Positions 44,411 to 54,818 of a stretch of 64,000 nucleotides of DNA are shown one piece after another. Source of the DNA: an uncultured delta proteobacterium. GTDB lineage: Bacteria; Myxococcota_A; Polyangia; Polyangiales; Polyangiaceae. The DNA lies in NCBI GenBank assembly GCA_963782055.1, contig CAWAIF010000003.1:5600001-5664000 (forward strand). The letters are read 5' to 3'. The position numbers and the translations under genes are program-made. The stretch's first letter is position 1, and each line of letters starts with the position of its first letter. The notes under the pieces are model-generated. The model was not told the DNA's origin, did no database searches, and saw nothing but the letters and a program-made list of their open reading frames with translations.

Positions 44411-46795
44411 TCAGTTGGGCGGAGGGGGCGCGTCGCAGTGGCCCGCGCTGCACACCAGACCCGCGCAGCAGTTGCCGTCGGTGGTGCAGTTGTCACCCTC
44501 GCCGCCGCACCCCTTCGGCGTCGAGCCGCACGCCAGCCCGCCGTCGCCGGACGACTCGCAGTAGCCGCCGCAGCACTGATCGCCGGTCTCGCAGCTCGCG
44601 CCGTCCTGCTCGCACGGGTCGAGCACCCAGAAGCTACGGAAGTTGCCCGCCGTCAGCTCCTGCGCCGGCAGGTAGAACGCCGGGTGGCTCGGGTCGGTCC
44701 CCGGCTTGCCGTTGACGTCGAAGGCCGCCACCCAGAGCTTCTTGGTCATCGGGTTCTGCGCGTACGGCGTGAAGGGCACGCCGTTCGTGCTGCTGCACCA
44801 CGGGTTGATGGTGGCCACGCTGCCGTACAGCCTGCGCGAGGTGAAGGCGACCCAGATGTAGCCGCCGGAGACGATGGGCGCGACGGTGGGGTCGAACTGC
44901 AGCGTCGCGTCGTCGTCGTGGTGGTCGGGCCCGGTCGGGAGGTAACCCTTGCCATTCGCCGCGTCGAGGCGGTGCGCGGTCTTGGTGGCGAGGTCCACCC
45001 ACCACAGCTCGGCGCGCGCCCCGTCCAGGTTCGGGCAGTTGGACCAGCTCGTGTCCATGCCCTTCATCGCCGTCGTCCCGGCGAAGTAGCCGTTGGACTG
45101 CGTGACCAGCTCGAAGACGACGGCGTCGTCGTTCGGCGTGAAGAAGGGGGCGACGGCGACGCATCCCGCGCAGGTCGGCGTGTAGAGCGTGCGGAGGTTG
45201 GAGAAGGTCTTGGTGCTCTGGTCGAAGTCGGCGACCGCGAGCGACTTGCCGTCCCCCGACTTGCCGTCCTTGCCCGGGCCGCCCGTGTAGAAGGTGAAGA
45301 CGACGTGCTTGCCGTCGGGGGAGAACTCCGGCAGCGCCGCCCCGAGCTGGCTCGTCAGGGAGAGCTGCTGCTGGATCTGGGCCGGCGTGACCACCGCGCT
45401 CCCGCCCGGCAGCGCGAAGATGCCGCTCGGCGTGGTGGTGGCCCCCTCCAGTCCATCGGGGCTCCAGGGCGCCGCGGAGTCGGAGAAGTAGAGCGACCCG
45501 TCGGGGCTGATGCCGCCCCACGTGTAGAGCCCGGTCGTCTTGGGGAGCCATGCGCCGGGAGGGGCGGGGTTCTGCAGGTCGTAGTAGACGTCGTAGTCCT
45601 GCCCGTTGCCCGGGTAAAAGTCGTCCTCCGCGATCAGGTTGGAGCCCTTCGCCCCCACCGAGTGACAGACCTGGCACCGCGTCTTGGAGGTGACGAGGTA
45701 CGGGTCGGTGGCGCCGTGCTTGATGGCCAGCACCGAGCCGCCGATCTCGTTGCTCCAGTTGCTCGTCGAGAGGCGCGTGCCGTAGCTGCCGTAGTAGACG
45801 GTCCCCTTCAGCTCGCCGGTCGCGACGTCCCACGTCTGCGTGATGGGCCCGTAGCCCTGGCCGTTCTTCGCGATCGTCAGGCTGAGGATCAGGTGATCGC
45901 GCTGCCCGTTGATCACGCCGCCGGCGGTGTCGGTCGCCATCTTCCAGACGTCCTGCGGGATGGGGTGACGGATGAAGCTCGTCCCGGTCTGCTGCAAGAT
46001 CGCCGGCCGCGCGAAGGTCCCGGAGTAGGTGAAGGAGCCGCTGGTGGTCGTCAGATCGATCTTGATCGCGTCGGCGTCTCCGGTGGACCAGCTCCACTGC
46101 AGCAGCGGCGCGAGCAGGCCGCGCGGCCACACCGTCCCCGCGTACGGGTAGAGGAGGCCGAGGTTCTGCGCCTTGCCGTCGCTGGCAGGGTTCTTCAGGG
46201 CGTTGAGCGTCGCGTTGTCGGTGACCGCGCCGCCCAGGCCCTCGCCGCCGACGCCGCCGATGCCCCCGCCCTTCAGGAGGTCGCCGGGGTTGGTCGCCAC
46301 CTGCCCGGTCTCGTTGCCGGTCGCTCCGTTCTGGTCGGTCGTGAGCTTGACGAGCACCGCGCGCTGGACGGTGTTGCCGCCGTAGCTGGCGACGACGTGA
46401 ACGAGCCCGCCGGTCGTGCCGATCGGGGCGAAGGTGGTGGTACTGCCGCCCGTCGGCGCGACCGTCGCGGCCTCCCCGCGGTCCACGGTCCACGTCGCGT
46501 TGATGGGGCTGCCGTTCAGCGTCGCGGTGTACGCGACGGTCGGCGTCTGCTGCCCGGCCTGGACGGTGATGGTCTGCATCGCGTTCGGCTGCACGTCGAA
46601 GGCCTCCGGCGCGGCCTCGTTCCCGCCGTCGCAGCCAAAGGGACAGCCGCCGTCGAAGTCCGCCTCGAGCGAGGCGTCGGTGGACGCGTCGTCGTCGAAG
46701 GTGCCGAGTCCGTGATCGCCGCACGCGAACACGGCGCTCCCCGCCACCGCGATCGTCAGCGGCACCCACCAGGCTCGAAAGGAGAAACCACTCAT
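44411..46795 (-). CDS. Large lipoprotein with TolB/PD40-like propeller and Cys-rich C-terminus
   Basis: VFAC lipobox; YPYAGTVWPRGL, GTVYY, CQVCHSV, FSPDGK, FTSRRLYG, DPSHPAFYLP.QE, CCGGYC; GGAGG RBS. Confidence 0.88.
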   Translation of the reverse strand: MSGFSFRAWWVPLTIAVAGSAVFACGDHGLGTFDDDASTDASLEADFDGGCPFGCDGGNEAAPEAFDVQPNAMQTITVQAGQQTPTVAYTATLNGSPINATWTVDRGEAATVAPTGGSTTTFAPIGTTGGLVHVVASYGGNTVQRAVLVKLTTDQNGATGNETGQVATNPGDLLKGGGIGGVGGEGLGGAVTDNATLNALKNPASDGKAQNLGLLYPYAGTVWPRGLLAPLLQWSWSTGDADAIKIDLTTTSGSFTYSGTFARPAILQQTGTSFIRHPIPQDVWKMATDTAGGVINGQRDHLILSLTIAKNGQGYGPITQTWDVATGELKGTVYYGSYGTRLSTSNWSNEIGGSVLAIKHGATDPYLVTSKTRCQVCHSVGAKGSNLIAEDDFYPGNGQDYDVYYDLQNPAPPGAWLPKTTGLYTWGGISPDGSLYFSDSAAPWSPDGLEGATTTPSGIFALPGGSAVVTPAQIQQQLSLTSQLGAALPEFSPDGKHVVFTFYTGGPGKDGKSGDGKSLAVADFDQSTKTFSNLRTLYTPTCAGCVAVAPFFTPNDDAVVFELVTQSNGYFAGTTAMKGMDTSWSNCPNLDGARAELWWVDLATKTAHRLDAANGKGYLPTGPDHHDDDATLQFDPTVAPIVSGGYIWVAFTSRRLYGSVATINPWCSSTNGVPFTPYAQNPMTKKLWVAAFDVNGKPGTDPSHPAFYLPAQELTAGNFRSFWVLDPCEQDGASCETGDQCCGGYCESSGDGGLACGSTPKGCGGEGDNCTTDGNCCAGLVCSAGHCDAPPPPN

Positions 46796-46821
46796 GACAG
46801 ACCTCCGCCTTTGCGGGTGAG

Positions 46822-46849
46822 GTCGACGCCGGCGCGCCGGACGGGTCAC
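46822..46849 (-). promoter_or_regulatory. Putative ECF-sigma promoter GTGACCCG-N14-GTCGAC for the large lipoprotein gene
   Basis: Same boxes and spacing as the copy at 46928-46955. Confidence 0.7.
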
Positions 46850-46927
46850 CGCGGGCGGATTACTTCGCGTTACATCGGCCGCCGGGGTCTGGTGGACCGG
46901 GGCGCGGGCGCGGCACTCTTGGGGTGC

Positions 46928-46955
46928 GTGACCCGATCGACCCCTCCCGGTCGAC
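46928..46955 (+). promoter_or_regulatory. Putative autoregulatory ECF-sigma promoter GTGACCCG-N14-GTCGAC
   Basis: gtgacccg atcgacccctcccg gtcgac, 20 bp upstream of the sigma ATG. Confidence 0.7.
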
Positions 46956-46974
46956 TGGGCCGGCATGGGGCAGG

Positions 46975-47580
46975 ATGAGCGCGACCTCGACATTTCACGC
47001 AGTGGCGGACGGCCCGCGGCAGGAGACCCTGCTGGCGCGCGCGGCCGCGACCGGCGATCGCGCCGCGCTGCGGGAGGTGCTGCACCTCGTCGGTGCCGCG
47101 GTGCTGGGTGGCGTGCGCTCGGTGGTGGGACCCGCGCACCCCGATCTGGACGATCTGGTGCAGGAGTCGCTGATCGGGGTGGTGCAGGCGCTCGCTTCCT
47201 TCCGCGGGGACGCGTCGCTCGTCCACTTCGCGCGGCGCATCGCGGTGCGGCGCGCGATCGACGGGCTCCGGACGGCCATCCGGGCGCGGCGGCGGCACGC
47301 CGACCTGTCGCAGGCACCGGAGCCGGCGGTGCCGGCCCCCAGCTTGCTCGAGCGACGACAGGGCAAGTGGCGGGCGCTGCTCGCCGAGCTGCCGGCGGCG
47401 CAGGCGGAGGCGCTGGTGCTGCGCGCGGTGGAGGGCTGCTCGGTGGAGGAGATCGCGACGATCACCGGCGCGCCGGCGGAGACGGTGCGCAGCCGGCTGC
47501 GCCTCGCCAAGAACGCGCTGCGCGCGCGCATCGCGGCCGACCGGAGCTTCGCCGATTCTGATCGTGGAGGGGCGCGATGA
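46975..47580 (+). CDS. ECF RNA polymerase sigma factor
   Basis: DDLVQE, FRGDASL, EGCSVEEIA, ETVRSRLRLAK. Confidence 0.93.
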   Translation: MSATSTFHAVADGPRQETLLARAAATGDRAALREVLHLVGAAVLGGVRSVVGPAHPDLDDLVQESLIGVVQALASFRGDASLVHFARRIAVRRAIDGLRTAIRARRRHADLSQAPEPAVPAPSLLERRQGKWRALLAELPAAQAEALVLRAVEGCSVEEIATITGAPAETVRSRLRLAKNALRARIAADRSFADSDRGGAR

Positions 47581-48344
47581 TGGAACGTGACGCCCTCGAG
47601 GCCGCGCTGGGCGACGCCCTGCGGCCCGCCCGCGCGCCCGAGCCGGGCGACGCCGAGCTGCTGCGGCGCCTGGTCGACCGGGTCGTCGCGGCACCGCCCG
47701 CGCCGCGGCCGAGCCTGCGGCTGCGCCTGCTCGGTGCAGGTGGCGTCGGGCTCGCGGTGGGCGCCGCCGTGCTCGCCGGGTTGCTCCATCGCGCGCCGCC
47801 TCCGGCGAGGCCGGTGGAGACGCGCGTCACGCCGGTGACGACGGCCTCCCCGCCGCCAGCGACCGCGCCGGCGACGACCGCGCGCGCCGCCACGCCGGAC
47901 ACGGACCTCCTCCCCGCGCCGACGGCGCCGGCCGTCACCCCGAGCGCCCCGCGCGAGGCGATGCCCACCGCGGCGGAGCTCTTCGCCCGCGCCAACGGCG
48001 CCCGTCGCCAGGGCCGCGACCCGGAGGCCGTCGCCGGCTACCGCGCGCTGCAGCGCGCCTTCCCCTCCTCGCCGGAGGCGGTGGCCTCGCACATGTCCCT
48101 GGGCCGCCTCCTGCTCGACGACCGCTCCGATCCCGCCGGCGCCCTCGCCCAGTTCGACCGGTACCTGGCCAGCGGGTCGCACCGCGAGCTACGAGAGGAG
48201 GCGCTGATCGGCCGCGCGCTCGCCCTGGGTCAGCTCGCGCGGTCAAAGGAAGAGCGACAGGCATGGAAGGCGCTGCTGCAGGAGTACCCGGGGTCGATGT
48301 ACGCCGACCAGGCACGCGACCGCGTCGCCGCGCTGGGCGGTTGA
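47577..48344 (+). CDS. Putative anti-sigma factor (single TM, Pro-rich linker, TPR)
   Basis: ATGA overlap; TM segment; AAELFARAN.ARRQG, FPSSPEA, EEALIGRA..L. Confidence 0.8.
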   Translation: MMERDALEAALGDALRPARAPEPGDAELLRRLVDRVVAAPPAPRPSLRLRLLGAGGVGLAVGAAVLAGLLHRAPPPARPVETRVTPVTTASPPPATAPATTARAATPDTDLLPAPTAPAVTPSAPREAMPTAAELFARANGARRQGRDPEAVAGYRALQRAFPSSPEAVASHMSLGRLLLDDRSDPAGALAQFDRYLASGSHRELREEALIGRALALGQLARSKEERQAWKALLQEYPGSMYADQARDRVAALGG

Positions 48345-49432
48345 GACCTCTCGTCGTCCTCTGCGTCTTCGTGGCGGTGCTGGTGCAGGCGGGGGCGGCC
48401 CTCGCGCGGGAGCGCACCGTGCGGGTCATCGTCGCCGGAGACCCGCGCGAGGCGCGGGATCTGGAGCTGCTGGTGCGCGACCTGCTCGTGCGCCTCGGCG
48501 CGAAGGTGGAGGTGAGCTCCGCCGCCACGATCGATCCGGCGGCGGTCGTCGAGAAGCCGCCTTCGTTCGCCCCCGCCCTCGCGCGCGTGTGGATTGATTC
48601 GAGGCCCCCGGACCACGCGATGCTCTACCTCGTCGACCAGACGTGGGAGCGCGTGCTGGTGCGGCGCGTCGCGCGGGACCCTGCGCACCTGGAGGTCTGC
48701 AGGGAGGACGTGGGCCACATCCTGGAGACGGCGGTGGAGGCCATGCTGGCCGGGGCGAAGATCGGTGTCGAGCGCGCGACGCTCCGGCCGCCGCCGCCGT
48801 CGGCGACGGCCCCCGCACGCGCGCCCCCGCCGCAGCGACGACCGCCGCGACGACGACCGCCGCGACCGAAGCCGCGGCGCCCGCGCCCTCCGCGCCGGCA
48901 CACCGAGCTGCGCGTCGGGGTGATCACGCAGACGACCCTCTTCTCCGCCGAGCTCCCCCTCGCCCAGGCGATCGGCGTGTCGGCCTCTCTCGAGACACCC
49001 TGGCGCGCCGGCAGCGCGGCGCGCGCCGGGGGCTGGATGACCCTCACCTACCGGTTGCCCTCGCGCACCACGGCGCTGCCCCTCGGCGTGCGGCTGCAAG
49101 GTCTGGAGGTGCGGCTGCTCGGACGCGTCGCGCTGCCCGTCTCGCCGGAGCTCCGCGTGGAGCTCGGGTTCGGCCCGGGTGTCGACGTCATCGACGCGAC
49201 CTCGGTCGCCAACCGCCCGGGCGCGACGCTCACCGCCCCCAGCGCCGACGTGTCCTTCCTCCTGCGCGGCGCCTTCGGCGTGCGGTGGCGCCGCCTGCTC
49301 GGGCTCCTGCTCGTGGCCGACGCCGACCTCACCCCGCGCGACTACACCTTCGTCCAGGGAGGCCGGCGCGCGGTGGCCCTCTCTCCCTTCGTCGTGCGTC
49401 CGAGCCTCGTCCTGGAGGCGGCCTTCCGCTGA
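48341..49432 (+). CDS. Exported protein with C-terminal beta-barrel-like region (ECF operon third gene)
   Basis: TTG start overlapping the upstream TGA; signal peptide; Pro/Arg linker; amphipathic strands ending LEAAFR. Confidence 0.7.
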   Translation: MRPLVVLCVFVAVLVQAGAALARERTVRVIVAGDPREARDLELLVRDLLVRLGAKVEVSSAATIDPAAVVEKPPSFAPALARVWIDSRPPDHAMLYLVDQTWERVLVRRVARDPAHLEVCREDVGHILETAVEAMLAGAKIGVERATLRPPPPSATAPARAPPPQRRPPRRRPPRPKPRRPRPPRRHTELRVGVITQTTLFSAELPLAQAIGVSASLETPWRAGSAARAGGWMTLTYRLPSRTTALPLGVRLQGLEVRLLGRVALPVSPELRVELGFGPGVDVIDATSVANRPGATLTAPSADVSFLLRGAFGVRWRRLLGLLLVADADLTPRDYTFVQGGRRAVALSPFVVRPSLVLEAAFR

Positions 49433-49473
49433 CCGGCGTCCGCCGGCCGAGGTGATACGCTGCGTGGAGCTGC

Positions 49474-50436
49474 ATGACTCGCCGCCTCGCTCCCCTTCTC
49501 CTCGGCGGCGCGCTCACCGCCGTGGGCTTCGCGCCCGGCTGCTCGGTCTCCAGCTCCGATGCCTGCGATCACCTGCTGCAGGCCCTCCTCGACGGGACGC
49601 GCTGCGGCGGTTACGCCAAGCCGCTCTCCGACACCGATCGCGCCCGCTGGCGCACCTACTGCGAGAGCGTGCTCGCCCTGCCCGACCAGGGCGAGACGGC
49701 CTCCATCATCGACGCGTGCGCCGCCGAGGAGGAGGACGCCTCGTGCGACGCGACGCACGTCGACGCCTGCGACCGCGGGCAGACCGGCACCCGGGCGGTC
49801 GGCGCGCCGTGCACGCAGAGCTCGCAGTGCGCGAGCGGCCGCTGCGAGGCCTCCGGCAAGAGCGACGGCTGCGGCACCTGCGGCGCGACCTCCCTCGTCG
49901 GCCAGCCGTGCACCATCGGCACGGCGTGCACGCCGGGCGACGCGTGCGATGCCAAGACGATGACGTGCGCCACCAAGGTCTACCTGGCCGAGGGGCAGAC
50001 GTGCGACGGCTACGGCCTGCGGTGCGACGACGGCCTCTACTGCCAGGGCGCGACCAAGACCTGCCAGCCGAAGGGCGGCGAGGGCGCGGCGTGCGCCGGC
50101 AACGGCGCGTGCAGGAGCGGCTTCGCCTGTAGCCAGTCGGTGTGTACCGTGCTGCCCGGCGTGGGCTCGCCGTGCCTCAACGGCGCGTGCGGCGCGGGGC
50201 TCGTGTGCGACTCCGGCGGCCACTGCATCACGCCGGCCTTCGCCGAGCCGGGGCAACCCTGCGGGCCGGACGTCTTCTGCCGTGTGGGGAGCTGCTCGCC
50301 GGGCTCGCCGTCGACGTGCCCCACCGTCATCGCCGACGGCCAGCCGTGCGACGTCGCCGACTTCTCGCAGACGTGCGACACCTTCGCGAGCTGCGTGAGC
50401 GGGGTGTGCCAGCTGGCGGTCTCGGCCTGTCAGTAG
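49474..50436 (+). CDS. Cys-rich repeat lipoprotein
   Basis: APGC lipobox; repeated G..C.....C..GL.C....C units. Confidence 0.85.
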   Translation: MTRRLAPLLLGGALTAVGFAPGCSVSSSDACDHLLQALLDGTRCGGYAKPLSDTDRARWRTYCESVLALPDQGETASIIDACAAEEEDASCDATHVDACDRGQTGTRAVGAPCTQSSQCASGRCEASGKSDGCGTCGATSLVGQPCTIGTACTPGDACDAKTMTCATKVYLAEGQTCDGYGLRCDDGLYCQGATKTCQPKGGEGAACAGNGACRSGFACSQSVCTVLPGVGSPCLNGACGAGLVCDSGGHCITPAFAEPGQPCGPDVFCRVGSCSPGSPSTCPTVIADGQPCDVADFSQTCDTFASCVSGVCQLAVSACQ

Positions 50437-50550
50437 TCCCGGCTGGGCCTCGGCCCCCGGCCGGAGCCCCCCGGACGGCCGGGGCCGGACAGACTGGTCC
50501 GTGCAAAGTGCACGTGATTGAGGTCGGGCGGCGGATTGTGCGACACTGTC

Positions 50551-51162
50551 ATGATGCCGCGACCCGACCCGAGGGTGGACCCCGAGTCCCTCGCGCCCCC
50601 GCCGGAGAAGTCCGCGCGCAGGCGCGATCCGCGGGTCGACCCGGAGTCGCTGGTCCCGCCCGCGCGCCCCGACCCGCGCGTCGACCCGGCGTCGCTCGCT
50701 CCTCCACCCGAGCCCGAACCGGAGCAGGTGCAGGAGCAGGTGGGGTCTGCCACCATCGCCGACCCGCGCGTCGCGGCGGTCGAGCCGCTCGTCGACGCCA
50801 ACGACTGGCGCGCGGTCGCCGCGAAGCTGGGCCCCCTCGCCGACGCCGGCGACCTCCCGCCCAACCTGGGCCTGATCGCCGCCATGGCCCACAACGAGAT
50901 GGCGCGCGAAGGCAGCGACGAGGCGCGCGATCTCGCCACCCGGTGCACCGGCGCGGTCCTGGGCGTCGCGCCGGAGAGCGTCATCGCCCGCGTCGTCGCG
51001 CGCCGCCTGCTGCGCAAGAACCCGGTGCGCTTCCGCGAGCGCCCGGCCCCGCCCCCGCGCACGTCTGCGATCATCATCGTCATCGGGCTCGTCGTGAGCA
51101 TCCTCGTCGGGCTCATCGCCTCCGGCGAGCTCCGCGTCCTGCTCCGCGCCGTCACCCGCTGA
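50551..51162 (+). CDS. Hypothetical protein with three DPRVDPxSL repeats and C-terminal TM segment
   Basis: DPRVDPESLA, DPRVDPESLV, DPRVDPASLA; IIIVIGLVVSILVGLI. Confidence 0.75.
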   Translation: MMPRPDPRVDPESLAPPPEKSARRRDPRVDPESLVPPARPDPRVDPASLAPPPEPEPEQVQEQVGSATIADPRVAAVEPLVDANDWRAVAAKLGPLADAGDLPPNLGLIAAMAHNEMAREGSDEARDLATRCTGAVLGVAPESVIARVVARRLLRKNPVRFRERPAPPPRTSAIIIVIGLVVSILVGLIASGELRVLLRAVTR

Positions 51163-51174
51163 CGAGCGCGCGCG

Positions 51175-53019
51175 TCACTCCGCCCGCTCCGCCTCCTTCT
51201 CGGCGAACTGCAGGCGATGGAGCTTCGCGTAGAACCCGCCCAGCGCGAGCAGCTCCTCGTGCGTGCCCTGCTCCACCACGCGCCCCTTGTGCAGCACCAC
51301 GATCCGCGACGCCGCCTTGATGGTGGAGAGCCGGTGCGCGATGATCAGCGATGTCCGCCCCTCCAGCACCGCGTCCAGCGCCGCCTGCAGCCGCGACTCG
51401 GTGTCGGAGTCCACGCTCGCCGTCGCCTCGTCCAGGATGAGCAGTGGCGCGTCGCGGTAGAGCGCCCGCGCGAAGGCGATGAGCTGCCGCTCCCCCGCGC
51501 TGAAGTTGGCGCCGCGCTCGTCGACGCGCATGTCCAGGAAGGCGTCGCCGTCCTGGTCGGCGCGGTGGCGGAAGAGCTTCACCGCGCCGATGCGCTCCAC
51601 CGCCTGGCGCGCCCGCTCGCGATCCGGCTCGGCGTCTGTCATGGCGATGTTGGAGAGCAGCGTGCCGGAGAAGAGGAAGACGTCCTGCGGCACCACCGAG
51701 AAGAGCTCGCGCAGGGCGTGCCGCGGGTAGCGCCGGACGTCCTTGCCCTCCACGCGCACCACGCCATCGTGCACCTCGTAGAGGCGGAGCAGCAGGCCGC
51801 TGATGGTCGTCTTGCCGGAGCCGGTCGCGCCGACGAGGGCGATCTTCTCCCCCTGCTTCGCCTGCAGGCTCACTTCGCGCAGCACGGGGACGCCCGGCTT
51901 GTACTCGAAGTTCACGTGGTCGAGGGCGATCGCCTCCCCCTCCGGACCGTCCGCCGCGCACTCGTCGGCGTCCACGTCCTGTTCGACGTCGGTCTGGTCC
52001 AGGAGCTGGAAGATGCGCTCGGCCCCCGCCATCGCGCTCTGAAGGATGGTGTAGCGCTGCGAGAGCAGGCTGATGGGCTCGAAGAACTGCTTGATGTACC
52101 CGGTGAAGGTCACCACCAGCGCGAAGGTGGCGACGTGCGCGCCGCCGCGGTGAATCGCCACCCAGAGCAGCACGCTGGCGATGCACAGGATGCCCACCAT
52201 CTCGATCGCGGCGTCGAGGACGGCCTCGTAGAAGACCGAGCGCTTGTTGGCGTCGCGGTAAGACCGGTTGATGACGTCGAAGTCCTCGGCCATCGCGACC
52301 TCGCGCCCGTAGGCCTGCACGACGGCGATGCCGTTGACCTGCTCGTTGAGGAAGGCGTTGAGGCGCGCGGTCTTGGCGCGGATCTCGCGGTAAGCCTGCC
52401 GCGACCGCTTCCGGACGAAGGCGACGATGATCGCCACCAGAGGCAGCGTGGCGAAGGCGATGAGGGCGAGCTCCCAGTCGAGCGCCGTCATCACCACCAC
52501 GATCCCGGCGAGGGTGACGAAGTCCCCCATCGCGTTGAGCACGCCGGAGGCGAAGAGCTCGCCCAGGGCGTCGACGTCGTTGGTGGCGCGCGTGACCAGG
52601 CGGCCGACCGGCGTCTTGTCGAAGAAGCGCAGGGTCATGCGCTGCAAGAAGTGGAAGATGTGCGCCCGCAGATCGGCCATGGCGCGCGCACCGGCGAGCT
52701 GCATGGCGTACATCTGGCCGAAGCTGACGAGCTGCCCCACCACCACCAGCCCGGTGAGGAAGAGGCCATCGCGCAGCAGGCCTCCCGAGTCGCGCGCCCC
52801 GGCCTGGCGCACGACGTCGCCCATCACCAGCGGGCGCAGCAGGCCGACGGCGGACATCACCAGCAGCGAGGCGAGCGAGAGCGCGAGGAAGCGCGCGTGC
52901 GGCCGCACGAAGGGCCACATCCGCCGGAGCATCCGCGCGTCGTAGGTCGCGGCGACCATGTCCTCCTCGTGGAAGGCGCGCAGCTTGTCGGAGGCGCGGG
53001 TGGAGGTCGCGGCGCTCAC
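51175..53019 (-). CDS. ABC exporter, TMD-NBD half transporter (MdlB-like subunit)
   Basis: [41 protein letters not shown]. Confidence 0.95.
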   Translation of the reverse strand: MSAATSTRASDKLRAFHEEDMVAATYDARMLRRMWPFVRPHARFLALSLASLLVMSAVGLLRPLVMGDVVRQAGARDSGGLLRDGLFLTGLVVVGQLVSFGQMYAMQLAGARAMADLRAHIFHFLQRMTLRFFDKTPVGRLVTRATNDVDALGELFASGVLNAMGDFVTLAGIVVVMTALDWELALIAFATLPLVAIIVAFVRKRSRQAYREIRAKTARLNAFLNEQVNGIAVVQAYGREVAMAEDFDVINRSYRDANKRSVFYEAVLDAAIEMVGILCIASVLLWVAIHRGGAHVATFALVVTFTGYIKQFFEPISLLSQRYTILQSAMAGAERIFQLLDQTDVEQDVDADECAADGPEGEAIALDHVNFEYKPGVPVLREVSLQAKQGEKIALVGATGSGKTTISGLLLRLYEVHDGVVRVEGKDVRRYPRHALRELFSVVPQDVFLFSGTLLSNIAMTDAEPDRERARQAVERIGAVKLFRHRADQDGDAFLDMRVDERGANFSAGERQLIAFARALYRDAPLLILDEATASVDSDTESRLQAALDAVLEGRTSLIIAHRLSTIKAASRIVVLHKGRVVEQGTHEELLALGGFYAKLHRLQFAEKEAERAE

Positions 53020-54818
53020 TCGGCCACCTCCAGCGAGGAGAGCTCGGCGAGCTCCCGCGCGACGCGCTGCTCCTCGGCGAAGGTGGCGTAGAGGCCGCCC
53101 TTCGCGACGAGCTCGTCGTGGGTGCCGCGCTCGACGATCCCCCCGGCGTCCAGCACGACGACGGCGTCGCACTTGGCCGCCGCCGCGACGCGGTGGGTGA
53201 CCAGGATGACGGTGCGGCGCTCCGCCTGCCGCTCGATGGCCTCCAGGATCGCCGCCTCCGTCTTGGCGTCGACGGCGGAGAGCGGATCGTCCAGCAGCAG
53301 GATGCGCGGCTCCCACGCGAGCGCCCGGGCCAGGGCGATGCGCTGCCGCTGCCCGCCGGAGAGCTGCACTCCGCGCTCGCCCACCACGGTGTCGAACTGC
53401 TCGGGCAGCTCGAGCGTCTCCGACAGGACCTGCGCCTCCCCGGCGGCCTCCTTGATGCGCTTCATGCTCTCCGGCGCGTCGGGGTCGTCCATGGAGAGGC
53501 CGACGTTTCGCGCCACCGTCGTGGAGAAGAGGAAGGCGTCCTGCTGCGCGTAGCCGAGGAGACCGCGCAGGTCGGATATCTGCATTTTACACACGTCGAC
53601 GCCGTCGATGAAGACGGTCCCCTCCGGGGTCGGCAAGAGGCGCGCGACGAGCTGCGCCAGCGTCGACTTGCCCGACCCGGTGCGCCCGACGATGGCGAGG
53701 GAGCGGCCGGCGCCCACCTCGAAGCCGACGTCGTGCAGCACCTGCCGCGACCCGTAGGCGAAGGACAGCCCCTTCACCGCCATGGAACCCGGGGCCTGCG
53801 GCGGGGCCGACTCCTCACCCTCCTCGATGTCGGGCTGGGCGTCGAAGACCTCCTTCAGCCGCGCGAAGCACGCGCGCCCGCGCTGCAGGATGGAGACGGA
53901 GAAGCCGAGCGCCACCACCGGCCACGTCATGCGCATGAGCGCGAGCTGGAAGGCGAAGAAGTCGCCCTTGGTGAGGCCCCCGTGCGTGGGGTCGCGGAGC
54001 AGGAGGGTGCCGCCGTACCAGAAGAAGACGAGCACCGCGATGGCGCTCGACGCGCCCAGGGTCGGCATCATCGACCCGCGCAGGCGGGCGAGCCCCAGGC
54101 TCGCGTTCAGGTAACGGCGGTTGGCCTCGTCGAAGCGGTCGCGCTCGCGCGCCTCCATCGCGAAGCTGCGCACGACGCGCACCCCGGCGAGGTTGCCCTG
54201 CACCAGCGACGCCAGGTTGCCCAGCGCCTCCTGCGTCTGACGCGTGCGCGTGAAGAGCGCGCGGGAGAACTGCCGCGTCGCCAGCACCACCAGCGGCACC
54301 GCCACGAAGGACGCGAGGGTGAGGCGCCAGGAGATCGTCGCCATGACCTGGAGCGCGCTGGTGAAGGCGAAGATCACGTTGACCACGTTCAGCACGCCGA
54401 AGCCGAAGAGCAGCCGCACCTGGCCGAGATCGTTGGTGGCGCGGCTCATGATCTCGCCCGCCGACATGCGCCGGTAGAAGCTCACCCCCAGCGTGTGCAG
54501 GTGGTCGAGCAGCTTGCGGCGCAGCTCGTACTCGACGTCGCGGCCGGCGTTGAAGAGGAAGTAGCGGCTCGCCACGCGCGCGAAGAAGGCGACGAGCGCG
54601 AGCGCGAGCATCGTGATGGCGGGCTTCCACGCGGCCGTCGGGTCGGCGCCGAAGATGGCGTCGATGGCCGCCTTGGAGCGCCAGTCGATGCGGTTCATCG
54701 CGAGCTGGAAGGCGCCGAGGAAGCAGGTGCCCAGCCCGTACGCGGCGAGCTGGCGACGCAGGTGTCCGCCGAGCGTCCTGGGGATGGTGGCGGGGTCGAC
54801 CGAAGGCGCGCGCGTCAC
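53016..54818 (-). CDS. ABC exporter, TMD-NBD half transporter (MdlA-like subunit, degenerate Walker B)
   Basis: [41 protein letters not shown] overlaps on both sides. Confidence 0.95.
   Translation of the reverse strand: MTRAPSVDPATIPRTLGGHLRRQLAAYGLGTCFLGAFQLAMNRIDWRSKAAIDAIFGADPTAAWKPAITMLALALVAFFARVASRYFLFNAGRDVEYELRRKLLDHLHTLGVSFYRRMSAGEIMSRATNDLGQVRLLFGFGVLNVVNVIFAFTSALQVMATISWRLTLASFVAVPLVVLATRQFSRALFTRTRQTQEALGNLASLVQGNLAGVRVVRSFAMEARERDRFDEANRRYLNASLGLARLRGSMMPTLGASSAIAVLVFFWYGGTLLLRDPTHGGLTKGDFFAFQLALMRMTWPVVALGFSVSILQRGRACFARLKEVFDAQPDIEEGEESAPPQAPGSMAVKGLSFAYGSRQVLHDVGFEVGAGRSLAIVGRTGSGKSTLAQLVARLLPTPEGTVFIDGVDVCKMQISDLRGLLGYAQQDAFLFSTTVARNVGLSMDDPDAPESMKRIKEAAGEAQVLSETLELPEQFDTVVGERGVQLSGGQRQRIALARALAWEPRILLLDDPLSAVDAKTEAAILEAIERQAERRTVILVTHRVAAAAKCDAVVVLDAGGIVERGTHDELVAKGGLYATFAEEQRVARELAELSSLEVAE

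Noticed and set aside
43570..44496. Long ORF version with GGEEMEG/EKRWRG repeats at the N-terminus
   Set aside because: Translation of the minisatellite; the real gene most likely starts at ATG 44139 with a lipoprotein signal
48780..48900. Arg/Pro-rich stretch with CGA codons, suspected local frameshift
   Set aside because: The frame is continuous and flanked by sensible domains; consistent with a low-complexity linker
53016..54818. Non-canonical Walker B (LLDD) in an ABC subunit as a sign of inactivation
   Set aside because: Expected degenerate site of heterodimeric exporters; the partner subunit has the consensus DE
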